NCBI GenBank assembly: GCA_964276515.1
Contig: OZ193909.1
Span: 9,238,001 to 9,302,000, forward strand
Source of the DNA: Gordius albopunctatus
Taxonomy: Eukaryota
DNA length: 64,000 nucleotides
Direction of reading: 5' to 3'
Position numbers and translations under genes: made by a program. This document shows, in pieces, positions 1-10,703 of the stretch (positions are counted from its first letter, which is position 1; each line of letters opens with the position of its first letter). The notes under the pieces were generated by a model that saw nothing but the letters and a program-made list of their open reading frames with translations, did no database searches and was not told where the DNA came from.

Positions 1-3000
1 AAAAAATATATTTTTTAGCTCAAAATATTTCAAATTTTTTCCATTAAACCATATTCATCCGATGAAAGTTGTTATTTTCAGATTGTATTCCATGATAAGA
101 AGTAAAAATTTATCACAATTAGATAAATATTACTTTGAAATAATCATCGCATATAGCATGTTTCAAAAATTCAGAACTCTCGTCGCGATAAAACAAACTA
201 ATCGCAACAATATAACGTCGTCTTTCCTCAAAATGATAGTTCTCGCAGCTTAAAACTTCTTATAAGGAGTCGATCGAGATTATTAGGATTCTCAAATTAG
301 CTTACTTATATATATATTTTTTCAAGTTCTTTTACATAAATTAACAAAAAATATATTTTTTAGCTCAAAATATTTCAAATTTTTTCCATTAAACCATATT
401 CATCCGATGAAAGTTGTTATTTTCAGATTGTATTCCATGATAAGAAGTAAAAATTTATCACAATTAGATAAATATTACTTTGAAATAATCATCGCATATA
501 GCATGTTTCAAAAATTCAGCACTCTCGTCGCGATGAAACAAACTAATCGCAACAATATAACGTTGTCTTTCCTCAAAATGATAGTTCTCGCATTTTAAAA
601 CTTCTTATAAGGAGTCAATCGAGATTAATAGGATTCTCAAATTAGCGTACTTTAATATATTTTTTCAAGTTCTTTTACATAAAATAACAAAATATATATT
701 TTTTATCTCAAAATATTTAAAATTATTTCCATTAACACATATTCATCCGATGAAAGTTGTTATTTTCAGACGTGTATTCCATGATAAGAAGTAAAAATTT
801 ATCAGAATTAAATAACTATCACTTTGAAATCATCATCGCATATAGCATGTTTTAAAAATTCAGCACTCACGTCGCGATAAAACAAACTAATCGCAACAAT
901 ATAACGTTGTCTTTCCTCAAAATGATAGTTCTCGCAGCTTAAAACTTCTTATAAGGAGTCGATCGAGATTATTAGGATTCTCAAATTAGCTTACTTATAT
1001 ATATATTTTTTCAAGTTCTTTTACATAAATTAACAAAAAATATATTTTTTAGCTCAAAATATTTCAAATTATTTCCATTAACACATATTCATCCGATGAA
1101 AGTTGTTATTTTCAGACGTGTATTCCATGATAAGAAGTAAAAATTTATCAGAATTAAATAACTATCACTTTGAAATCATCATCGCATATAGCATGTTTTA
1201 AAAATTCAGCACTCTCATCGCGATGAAACAAACTAATCGCAACAATATAACGTTGTCTTTCATCAAAATGATAGTTCTCGCAGCTTAAAACTTCTTATAA
1301 GGAGTCGATCGAGATTAATAGGATTCTCAAATTAGCTTACTTTTATATATTTTTTCAAGTTCTTTTACATAAAATAACAAAATATATATTTTTTAGCTCA
1401 AAATATTTCAAATTATTTCCATTAACACATATTCATCCGATGAAAGTTGTTATTTTCAGACGTGTATTCCATGATAAGAAGTAAAAATTTATCAGAATTA
1501 AATAACTATCACTTTGAAATCATCATCGCATATAGCATGTTTTAAAAATTCAGCACTCACGTCGCGATAAAACAAACTAATCGCAACAATATAACGTCGT
1601 CTTTCCTCAAAATGATAGTTCTCGCAGCTTAAAACTTCTTATAAGGAGTCGATCGAGATTATTAGGATTCTCAAATTAGCTTACTTATATATATATTTTT
1701 TCAAGTTCTTTTACATAAATTAACAAAAAATATATTTTTTAGCTCAAAATATTTCAAATTATTTCCATTAACACATATTCATCCGATGAAAGTTGTTATT
1801 TTCAGACGTGTATTCCATGATAAGAAGTAAAAATTTATCAGAATTAAATAACTATCACTTTGAAATCATCATCCGATATAGCATGTTTTAAAAATTCAGC
1901 ACTCTCATCGCGATGAAACAAACTAATCGCAACAATATAACGTTGTCTTTCATCAAAATGATAGTTCTCGCAGCTTAAAACTTCTTATAAGGAGTCGATC
2001 GAGATTAATAGGATTCTCAAATTAGCGTACTTTAATATATTTTTTCAAGTTCTTTTACATAAAATAACAAAATATATATTTTTTATCTCAAAATATTTAA
2101 AATTATTTCCATTAACACATATTCATCCGATGAAAGTTGTTACTTTCAGACGTGTATTCCATGATAAGAAGTAAAAATTTATCAGAATTATATAACTATC
2201 ACTTTGAAATCATCATCGCATATAGCATGTTTCAAAAATTCAGCACTCTCGTCGCGATGAAACAAACTAATCGCAACAATATAACGTTGTCTTTCCTCAA
2301 AATGATAGTTCTCGCATTTTAAAACTTCTTATAAGGAGTCAATCGAGATTAATAGGATTCTCAAATTAGCGTACTTTAATATATTTTTTCAAGTTCTTTT
2401 ACATAAAATAACAAAATATATATTTTTTATCTCAAAATATTTAAAATTATTTCCATTAACACATATTCATCCGATGAAAGTTGTTACTTTCAGACGTGTA
2501 TTCCATGATAAGAAGTAAAAATTTATCAGAATTATATAACTATCACTTTGAAATCATCATCGCATATAGCATGTTTCGAAAATTCAGCACTCTCGTCGCG
2601 ATGAAACAAACTAATCGCAACAATATAACGTTGTCTTTCCTCAAAATGATAGTTCTCGCAGCTTAAAACTTCTTATAAGGAGTCGATCGAGATTAATAGG
2701 ATTCTCAAATTAGCGTACTTTAATATATTTTTTCAAGTTCTTTTACATAAAATAACAAAATATATATTTTTTATCTCAAAATATTTAAAATTATTTCCAT
2801 TAACACATATTCATCCGATGAAAGTTGTTATTTTCAGACGTGATTTTCATGATAAGAAGTAAAAATTTATCACAATTAGATAACTATTACTTTGAATTAA
2901 TCATCGCATATAGCATGTTTCAAAAATTCAGCACTCTCGTCGCGATGAAACAAACTAATCGCAACAATATAACGTTGTCTTTCCTCAAAATGATAGTTCT

Positions 3001-6000
3001 CGCAGCTTAAAACTTCTTATAAGGAGTCGATCGAGATTATTAGGATTCTCAAATTAGCTTACTTATATATATATTTTTTCAAGTTCTTTTACATAAAATA
3101 ACAAAATATATATTTTTTATCTCAAAATATTTAAAATTATTTCCATTAACATATATTCATCCGATGAAAGTTGTTATTTTCAGACGTGATTTTCATGATA
3201 AGAAGTAAAAATTTATCACAATTAGATAACTATTACTTTGAATTAATCATCGCATATAGCATGTTTCAAAAATTCAGCACTCTCGTCGCGATGAAACAAA
3301 CTAATCGCAACAATATAACGTTGTCTTTCCTCAAAATGATAGTTCTCGCATTTTAAAACTTCTTATAAGGAGTCAATCGAGATTAATAGGATTCTCAAAT
3401 TAGCGTACTTTAATATATTTTTTCAAGTTCTTTTACATAAATTAACAAAAAATATATTTTTTAGCTCAAAATATTTCAAATTATTTCCATTAACACATAT
3501 TCATCCGATGAAAGTTGTTATTTTCAGACGTGATTTTCATGATAAGAAGTAAAAATTTATCACAATTAGATAACTATTACTTTGAATTAATCATCGCATA
3601 TAGCATGTTTCAAAAATTCAGCACTCACGTCGCGATAAAACAAACTAATCGCTACAATATAACGTCGTCTTTCCTCAAAATGATAGTTCTCGCAGCTTAA
3701 AACTTCTTATAAGGAGTCGATCGATATTAATAGGATTCTCAAATTAGCTTACTTTTATATATTTTTTCAAGATCTTTTACATCAAATAACAAAACATATA
3801 TTTTTTAGCTCAAAATATTTAAAATTATTTCCATTAAAACATATTCATCCGATGAAAGTTGTTATTTTCAGACGTGTATTCCATGATAAGAAGTAAAAAT
3901 TTATCACAATTAGATAACTATTACTTTGAAATCATCATCGCATATAGCATGTTTCAAAAATTCAGCACTCACGTCGCGATAAAACAAACTAATCGAAACA
4001 ATATAACATTGTCTTTCCTCAAAATGATAGTTCTCGCAGCTTAAAACTTCTTATAAGGAGTCGATCGAGAATAATAGCAATCTCAAATTAGCTTACTTTT
4101 ATATATTTTTTCAAGTTCTTTTACATAAAATAACAAAATATATATTTTTTAGCTCAAAATATTTAAAATTATTTCCATTAACACATATTCATCCGATGAA
4201 AGTTGTTATTTTCAGACGTGTTTTCCATGATAAGAAGTAAAAATTTATCAGAATTATATAACTATCACTTTGAAATCATCATCGAATATAGCATGTTTCA
4301 AAAATTCAGCACTCTCGTCGCGATGAAACAAACTAATCGCAACAATATAACGTTGTCTTTCCTCAAAATGATAGTTCTCGCAGCTTAAAACTTCTTATAA
4401 GGAGTCGATCGAGATTAATAGGATTTTCAAATTAGCTTACTTTTATATATTTTTTCAAGCTCTTCTACATAAAATAACAAAAAATATATTTTTTAGCTCA
4501 AAATATTTCAAATTTTTTCCATTAACACATATTCATCCGATGAAAGTTGTTATTTTCAGACGTGTATTCCATGATAAGAAGTAAAAATTTATCAGAATTA
4601 GAAGACTATCACTTTGAAATCATCATCGCATATAGCATGTTTCAAAAATTCAGCACTCTCGTCGCGATGAAATAAACTAATCGCAACAATATAACGTTGT
4701 CTTTCATCAAAATGATAGTTCTCGCAGCTTAAAACTTCTCATAAGGAGTCGATCGAGATTAATAGGATTCTCAAATTAGCTTACTTTTATATATTTTTCC
4801 AAGTTCTTTTACATAAAATAACAAAATATATATTTTTTAGCTCAAAATATTTAAAATTATTTCCATTAATACATATTCATCCGATGAAAGTTGTTATTTT
4901 CAGACGTGATTTTCATGATAAGAAGTAAAAATTTATCAGAATTATATAACTATCACTGTGAAATCATCGTCGCATATAGCATGTTTCAAAAATTCAGCAC
5001 TCACGTAGCGATAAAACAAACTAATCGCAACAATATAACGTTGTCTTTCATCAAAATGATAGTTCTCGCAGCTTAAAACTTCTTATAAGGAGTCGATCGA
5101 GATTAATAGGATTCTCTAATTAGCTTACTTTTATATATTTTTTCAAGTTCTTTTACATAAAATAACAAAATATATATTTTTTAGCTCAAAATATTTAAAA
5201 TTATTTCCATTAACACATATTCATCCGATGAAAGTTGTTATTTTCAGACGTGTATTCCATATAAGAAGTAAAAATTTATCAGAATTATATAACTATCACT
5301 TTGAAATCATCATCGCATATAGCATGTTTTAAAAATTCAGCACTCTCGTCGCGATGAAACAAACTAATCGCAACAATATAACGTTGTCTTTCCTCAAAAT
5401 GATAGTTCTCGCAGCTTAAAACTTCTTATAAGGAGTCGATCGAGAATAATAGGAACTCAAATTAGCTTACTTTTATATATTTTTTCAAGTTCTTTTACAT
5501 AAATTAACAAAAAATATATTTTTTAGCTCAAAATATTTCAAATTTTTTCCATTAAACCATATTCATCCGATGAAAGTTGTTATTTTCAGACGTGATTTCC
5601 ATATAAGAAGTAAAAATTTATCAGAATTAGATAACTATCACTTTGAAATCATCATCGCATATAGCATGTTTCAAAAATTCAGCACTCACGTCGCGATAAA
5701 ACAAACTAATCGCTACAATATAACGTCGTCTTTCCTCAAAATGATAGTTCTCGCAGCTTAAAACTTCTTATAAGGAGTCGATCGATATTAATAGGATTCT
5801 CAAATTAGCTTACTTTTATATATTTTTTCAAGATCTTTTACATCAAATAACAAAACATATATTTTTTAGCTCAAAATATTTAAAATTATTTCCATTAAAA
5901 CATATTCATCCGATGAAAGTTGTTATTTTCAGACGTGTATTCCATGATAAGAAGTAAAAATTTATCACAATTAGATAACTATTACTTTGAAATCATCATC

Positions 6001-7796
6001 GCATATAGCATGTTTCAAAAATTCAGCACTCACGTCGCGATAAAACAAACTAATCGAAACAATATAACATTGTCTTTCCTCAAAATGATAGTTCTCGCAG
6101 CTTAAAACTTCTTATAAGGAGTCGATCGAGAATAATAGCAATCTCAAATTAGCTTACTTTTATATATTTTTTCTAGTTCTTTTACATAAAATAACAAAAT
6201 ATATATTTTTTAGCTCAAAATATTTAAAATTATTTCCATTAACACATATTCATCCGATGAAAGTTGTTATTTTCAGACGTGTATTCCATGATAAGAAGTA
6301 AAAATTTATCACAATTAGATAACTATTACTTTGAAATCATCATCGCATATAGCATGTTTCAAAAATTCAGCACTCACGTCGCGATAAAACAAACTAATCG
6401 AAACAATATAACATTGTCTTTCCTCAAAATGATAGTTCTCGCAGCTTAAAACTTCTTATAAGGAGTCGATCGAGAATAATAGCAATCTCAAATTAGCTTA
6501 CTTTTGTATATTTTTTCAAGTTCTTTTACATAAAATAACAAAATATATATTTTTTAGCTCAAAATATTTAAAATTATTTCCATTAACACATATTCATCCG
6601 ATGAAAGTTGTTATTTTCAGACGTGTTTTCCATGATAAGAAGTAAAAATTTATCAGAATTATATAACTATCACTTTGAAATCATCATCGAATATAGCATG
6701 TTTGAAAATTTAGCACTCTCGTCGCGATGAAACAAACTAATCGCAACAATATAACGTTGTCTTTCCTCAAAATGATAGTTCTCGCAGCTTAAAACTTCTT
6801 ATAAGGAGTCGATCGAGATTAATAGGATTTTCAAATTAGCTTACTTTTATATATTTTTTCAAGCTCTTTTACATAAAATAACAAAAAATATATTTTTTAG
6901 CTCAAAATATTTCAAATTTTTTCCATTAACACATATTCATCCGATGAAAGTTGTTATTTTCAGACGTGTATTCCATGATAAGAAGTAAAAATTTATCAGA
7001 ATTAGAAGACTATCACTTTGAAATCATCATCGCATATAGCATGTTTCAAAAATTCAGCACTCTCGTCGCGATGAAATAAACTAATCGCAACAATATAACG
7101 TTGTCTTTCATCAAAATGATAGTTCTCGCAGCTTAAAACTTCTTATAAGGAGTCGATCGAGATTAATAGGATTCTCAAATTAGCTTACTTTTATATATTT
7201 TTCCAAGTTCTTTTACATAAAATAACAAAATATATATTTTTTAGCTCAAAATATTTAAAATTATTTCCATTAACACATATTCATCCGATGAAAGTTGTTA
7301 TTTTCAGACGTGATTTTCATGATAAGAAGTAAAAATTTATCAGAATTATATAACTATCACTGTGAAATCATCATCGCATATAGCATGTTTCAAAAATTCA
7401 GCACTCTCGTCGCGATGAAACAAACTAATCGCAACAATATAACGTCGTCTTTCCTCAAAATGATAGTTCTCGCAGCTTAAAACTTCTTATAAGGAGTCGA
7501 TCGAGATTATTAGGATTCTCAAATTAGCTTACTTTTATATATTTTTTCAAGTTCTTTTACATAAATTAACAAAAAATATATTTTTTAGCTCAAAATATTT
7601 CAAATTTTTTCATTAAACCATATTCATCCGATGAAAGTTGTTATTTTCAGACGTGTATTCCATATAAGAAGTAAAAATTTATCAGAATTATATAACTATC
7701 ACTTTGAAATCATCATCGCATATAGCATGTTTTAAAAATTCAGCACTCTCATCGCGATGAAACAAACTAATCGCAACAATATAACGTTGTCTTTCC
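1..7796. repeat. Satellite DNA tandem array, ~344-bp AT-rich monomer (left arm, ~22-23 copies, runs off window start)
   Basis: The landmarks CATATTCATCCGATGAAAGTTG and CTCAAAATGATAGTTCTCGCAGC recur every 342-346 bp in the same orientation. ORF-track starts step by 344 (2137, 2481, 2825; 3171, 3515, 3859, 4203). Monomers differ only by SNPs and 1-2 bp indels. Confidence 0.98.
7789..7796 (+). repeat. Left copy of 8-bp target-site duplication GTCTTTCC
   Basis: The satellite reads ...ATAACGTT-GTCTTTCC and then switches to TAGAGATGG. The same 8-mer follows the element at 10696-10703. An 8-bp TSD is characteristic of hAT elements. Confidence 0.97.
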
Positions 7797-7805
7797 TAGA
7801 GATGG
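7797..7805 (+). repeat. Terminal inverted repeat TAGAGATGG (3' end of the element relative to the transposase)
   Basis: Perfect 9-bp reverse complement of 10687-10695. It resembles the Ac-type terminus TAGGGATG. The match breaks down after 9 bp (GTAA vs CACA). Confidence 0.92.
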
Positions 7806-7810
7806 GTAAT

Positions 7811-7920
7811 TTCCCGGGAATTTTCATCGAGGGAATATTCCCAGGGAAAATAGGGAATTTTGGGGAAATAACGGGAATTTTTGGGAAATAACGGGAATTT
7901 TGGGGAATTCATGGGGAAAA
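7811..7920. repeat. Subterminal GGGAA repeat cluster (likely transposase binding sites)
   Basis: Palindromes TTCCCGGGAA (7811-7820) and GGGAATATTCCC (7831-7842), then eight direct GGG(G)AA motifs starting at 7844, 7853, 7862, 7873, 7883, 7893, 7902 and 7913. The binding function is inferred from known hAT subterminal repeats. Confidence 0.8.
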
Positions 7921-7995
7921 TAAATACTTTGATTGTTAATATATAGTCTTAGATGAAAAAAAGATGCTAGGGTGTAAAATGAAATGCTAATAAAG

Positions 7996-8001
7996 TTTAT
8001 T
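7996..8001 (-). terminator. Putative polyadenylation signal AATAAA for the transposase transcript
   Basis: TTTATT on the + strand (AATAAA on the minus strand), about 50 nt downstream of the TAA stop at 8051-8053. The AT-rich context makes a chance match possible. Confidence 0.45.
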
Positions 8002-8050
8002 TCTCCAATAATACACAATATTTCATTACAAATTTACATAAAAATATACA

Positions 8051-9922
8051 TTAAAAATTGTCAATATCTAAACTGTCACTATCGTCATTTAGCGATGAAA
8101 TCGATTCATCAGATGAAGATATTGAGCGCGCTTTTGCATTAAAATTGATACTACTTTTCAAGTGCATGTTGTGCCTTATGGACACTATCTTTTTCACCTT
8201 GTCGTTTTTCATTCGATTTCTTGATTTAGAATGTACATAACCAAATGTGGACCAAATTCTTTCTGTGGCAGCACTGGTAGCTGGAATTGAAAAGAGTTTC
8301 AGGGCAATTTCAGATAAGGGTTGGTTAGTGCACAAGCCTTTCCACCACGTCAAGGGTGAAATGTAACTAGCGCTATCCCATATTGACCGCTCAGCAAACA
8401 ACCCGTCTTTAGCACGAAATTCTGCCAAATTGGCAATAACTTGGCCTATATTGAAATTATAGCCTTGAGAAATAATCTTGATAGCGTTAATTGCTTCAGC
8501 TATTTCTTTTGTAGTAAGGTTGACTCCACATAAACGTGGATCAAGCAAGTTAGCTGCCATATGAAAATCCTTACAGCAAAACGATTTCCTTTTGCTCACG
8601 AATTTTTTAATAACACTTGCATCAATTAGGCTAAATTCCTTACTAGAAATTTGGCTGAAATGGGCTTTAATAGTATGAAATGCTTCCGGTACATCAGACA
8701 ATAATCCAGAGTCACTTTCTATGCAAGTTATTTTGGTCAAAATTACATCTAAAAAAATGTAATTTTTTTTTATTTTCTCCCAAAAAACATCATTATCAAG
8801 CAAATTTAAACGTTTGCTTCGATCAGCAAATGTATCTGTTAAAGCTAGTTCCTGCAAAGTATCTTTGTTTACTAGGAAACTATTAAGCATTATAACTATA
8901 CCACCCCACCTTGTTGGACAGGGTATTTTCAAAGTTGTGAGTCGATTTTTGTTACATTGTTTTTCTTTAAAAGTTGATGATAATATTGTATTAAATTTAA
9001 TGTATTTTATAATTTGTTTAACTTTAGCTGTATTATTTTGGATGGTAGGAATTTTGTTGGAGATATCTTTTATTAATAAATTAAGCCCATGAGCTGCACA
9101 GCCAAAGCACTTAATTGAAGGATGTTTAGACTTAACTATTTCCCAAGCCTTCTTCATATTTTTAGCGTTGTCAGTAACTATGGCAACAAATTTTTGAGTG
9201 CCAATTTCTTCCATCACCTTTAGGAATTGATCAGCTATATAATCCCCAGTATGGGCATTCGTCCCTGTATCTATAGATTTTAAAAATATGGGTTTCGGTG
9301 TCATTATTATAAAATTGATTATGGACTCCCCCCTAATGTTTGTCCAACCATCACTAATTAATGTAAAATTAGAACCTGATTCTAGTTTTTCATTTATAAC
9401 TGCTTTGATCTTGTCAAATTGGTCATTTAGCAAAGAACCTCCTATTGCCTTTCTTGGTGGAATTCTGAAGGATGGTTTTATAGATTTGAAAAAGTCCTTC
9501 CAATAATAATTTTCTGTTATGTTAAACGGACAATTTGACATATAGATAGCCAGTGCAAGCTTTTCATTTAATCTTTCTTGTTGCACTGGAGTCATGCTAT
9601 CGAAATATTGATTAATATTTGATGTGGATTGTTTTGAAGTGTTAAAATTTGTTGTTAACTCAGGTGTTGTTACAGTGGGGTGTTTGTGTTCTGACGCAGA
9701 AAAAGTTTTAGATGATTCTGAGGATATTGAAAAAACTTCTAGTTCTGAGCATTTTGTTTCACTTGCATATTCTGGGCATTTTTGTATATGGATAGACATT
9801 TTTGTTGGGTTGGGGAAGTCATATTTATGGTTGCAATAGTTGCAGATGGCAATAAAGCCTTTCTTATTGGAGGATGTATGTCTACCAAAATGTTTCCAGA
9901 TATCAGATGGTTTTCTAGGCAT
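8051..9922 (-). CDS. hAT-family transposase, 623 aa (BED zinc finger, RNase H-like DDE core, C-terminal hATC dimerisation region)
   Basis: N-terminal W-x-HF...C27xxC30...H45xxxC49 BED finger; LISD191GWTN; VTD251NAKNM; C275AAH278 (CxxH); PTRW; LLDPR; WW; PATSAATE554RIWS...RNR. Residue numbers were counted by hand. No stops or frameshifts. Confidence 0.95.
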   Translation of the reverse strand: MPRKPSDIWKHFGRHTSSNKKGFIAICNYCNHKYDFPNPTKMSIHIQKCPEYASETKCSELEVFSISSESSKTFSASEHKHPTVTTPELTTNFNTSKQSTSNINQYFDSMTPVQQERLNEKLALAIYMSNCPFNITENYYWKDFFKSIKPSFRIPPRKAIGGSLLNDQFDKIKAVINEKLESGSNFTLISDGWTNIRGESIINFIIMTPKPIFLKSIDTGTNAHTGDYIADQFLKVMEEIGTQKFVAIVTDNAKNMKKAWEIVKSKHPSIKCFGCAAHGLNLLIKDISNKIPTIQNNTAKVKQIIKYIKFNTILSSTFKEKQCNKNRLTTLKIPCPTRWGGIVIMLNSFLVNKDTLQELALTDTFADRSKRLNLLDNDVFWEKIKKNYIFLDVILTKITCIESDSGLLSDVPEAFHTIKAHFSQISSKEFSLIDASVIKKFVSKRKSFCCKDFHMAANLLDPRLCGVNLTTKEIAEAINAIKIISQGYNFNIGQVIANLAEFRAKDGLFAERSIWDSASYISPLTWWKGLCTNQPLSEIALKLFSIPATSAATERIWSTFGYVHSKSRNRMKNDKVKKIVSIRHNMHLKSSINFNAKARSISSSDESISSLNDDSDSLDIDNF

Positions 9923-10598
9923 CTTACCAGATTAAAATTTATTTAATGATTTAAAATATAGGCCAATCCAATACAGCTAAAAGCTAGTTAAAAATAAAAT
10001 GCTAGTATAATTTTACTTGAGTTTAAGTGTAAGTGTTTTTTAAAATATTAAATAGGATATCAAATTGAATGTCAAATAGATTTAGCTAAAAAAATTTTAA
10101 ATTTAATTATACATAATCTTACCTGAGGTTTAAATTAAGTTGTTTATATTATTAAAATTGTAGGTGTGTTTGTAAAGTAGAAACAAAAAATAGTGCTTGA
10201 TTAAATATAGGGTAATACAGAATTTAAATTTTAATGGTGTAGGTGTAATAATACCTAAATAGTTGATTTGCAACTTATATTTCAAATTCAAACAAGCTAA
10301 AAGCTACTTTAAATAAAATTGTTTATATGTATTTACTTAGATGAGTCAAACAAATAGGGTAAACTTTTTGAATATACAATAAGCAAGTCAAATTCCAAAA
10401 TAAAAGCTAAAAATTTAAATTCTGATGTTTATATTTTACTTGAATTAGGTGATTGACTAGAAGGTTTCAATTAATTTTAAATAGGCGGAAAATGCTAATA
10501 GAAGTTTCCACGAGGAAAATATAAAATTCTAAATAATTAAAATCAATTTAAAAATAAAATATTGCGTAAATTTTGTGTCAAAACCATTAATTTTTTAA

Positions 10599-10682
10599 GG
10601 GAATTTATCATAGGGAAAATTCAATTTTCCCGCGGGAATATTCCCGGGAATTAATGGGAATATTCCCGGGAATATTCCCCCC
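10599..10682. repeat. Subterminal GGGAA/TTCCC palindrome cluster at the 5' end of the element
   Basis: GGGAATATTCCC at 10634-10645, 10656-10667 and 10668-10679, TTCCCGGGAA at 10641-10650, plus GGGAATTT and GGGAAAA motifs near 10599-10619. Confidence 0.8.
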
Positions 10683-10686
10683 TGTG

Positions 10687-10695
10687 CCATCTCTA
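10687..10695 (-). repeat. Terminal inverted repeat (CCATCTCTA on the + strand)
   Basis: Reverse complement of 7797-7805, directly abutting the right TSD. Confidence 0.92.
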
Positions 10696-10703
10696 GTCTT
10701 TCC
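10696..10703 (+). repeat. Right copy of 8-bp target-site duplication GTCTTTCC
   Basis: Identical to 7789-7796 and followed by the normal satellite continuation TCAAAATGATAG. Confidence 0.97.

Larger units (their letters stand above)
7797..10695 (-). mobile_element. Full-length hAT-superfamily DNA transposon (2899 bp), probably autonomous
   Basis: Non-satellite block bounded by the inverted termini TAGAGATGG (7797-7805) and CCATCTCTA (10687-10695). It has an 8-bp TSD, GGGAA-rich subterminal regions at both ends and one long transposase ORF. The satellite resumes exactly in register after it. Confidence 0.96.

Noticed and set aside
70..85. TTATTTTCAG splice-acceptor-like motif in every monomer
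   Set aside because: No consistent downstream donor or conserved exon frame was found, and the motif is expected by chance in T-rich DNA.
50..400. CENP-B box, or an internal 172-bp dimer structure in the monomer
   Set aside because: There is no TTCG-N4-A-N2-CGGG match, and the two halves of the monomer do not align by eye beyond short motifs.
7824..8018. 64-aa minus-strand ORF after the transposase
   Set aside because: It translates the subterminal GGGAA repeats (FP-rich low complexity) and has a non-ATG start.
8058..9839. Five short + strand ORFs (60-92 aa) inside the element
   Set aside because: They are antisense shadows of the transposase ORF with no motifs.
8051..9922. Domesticated ZBED-type host gene
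   Set aside because: The ORF is enclosed by TIRs, subterminal repeats and a perfect TSD within satellite DNA, so it is a mobile element.
7797..10695. Satellite derived from the transposon, or sequence-specific targeting of the satellite
   Set aside because: There is no visible similarity between the element and the monomer beyond short AT-rich words, and one insertion cannot show targeting.
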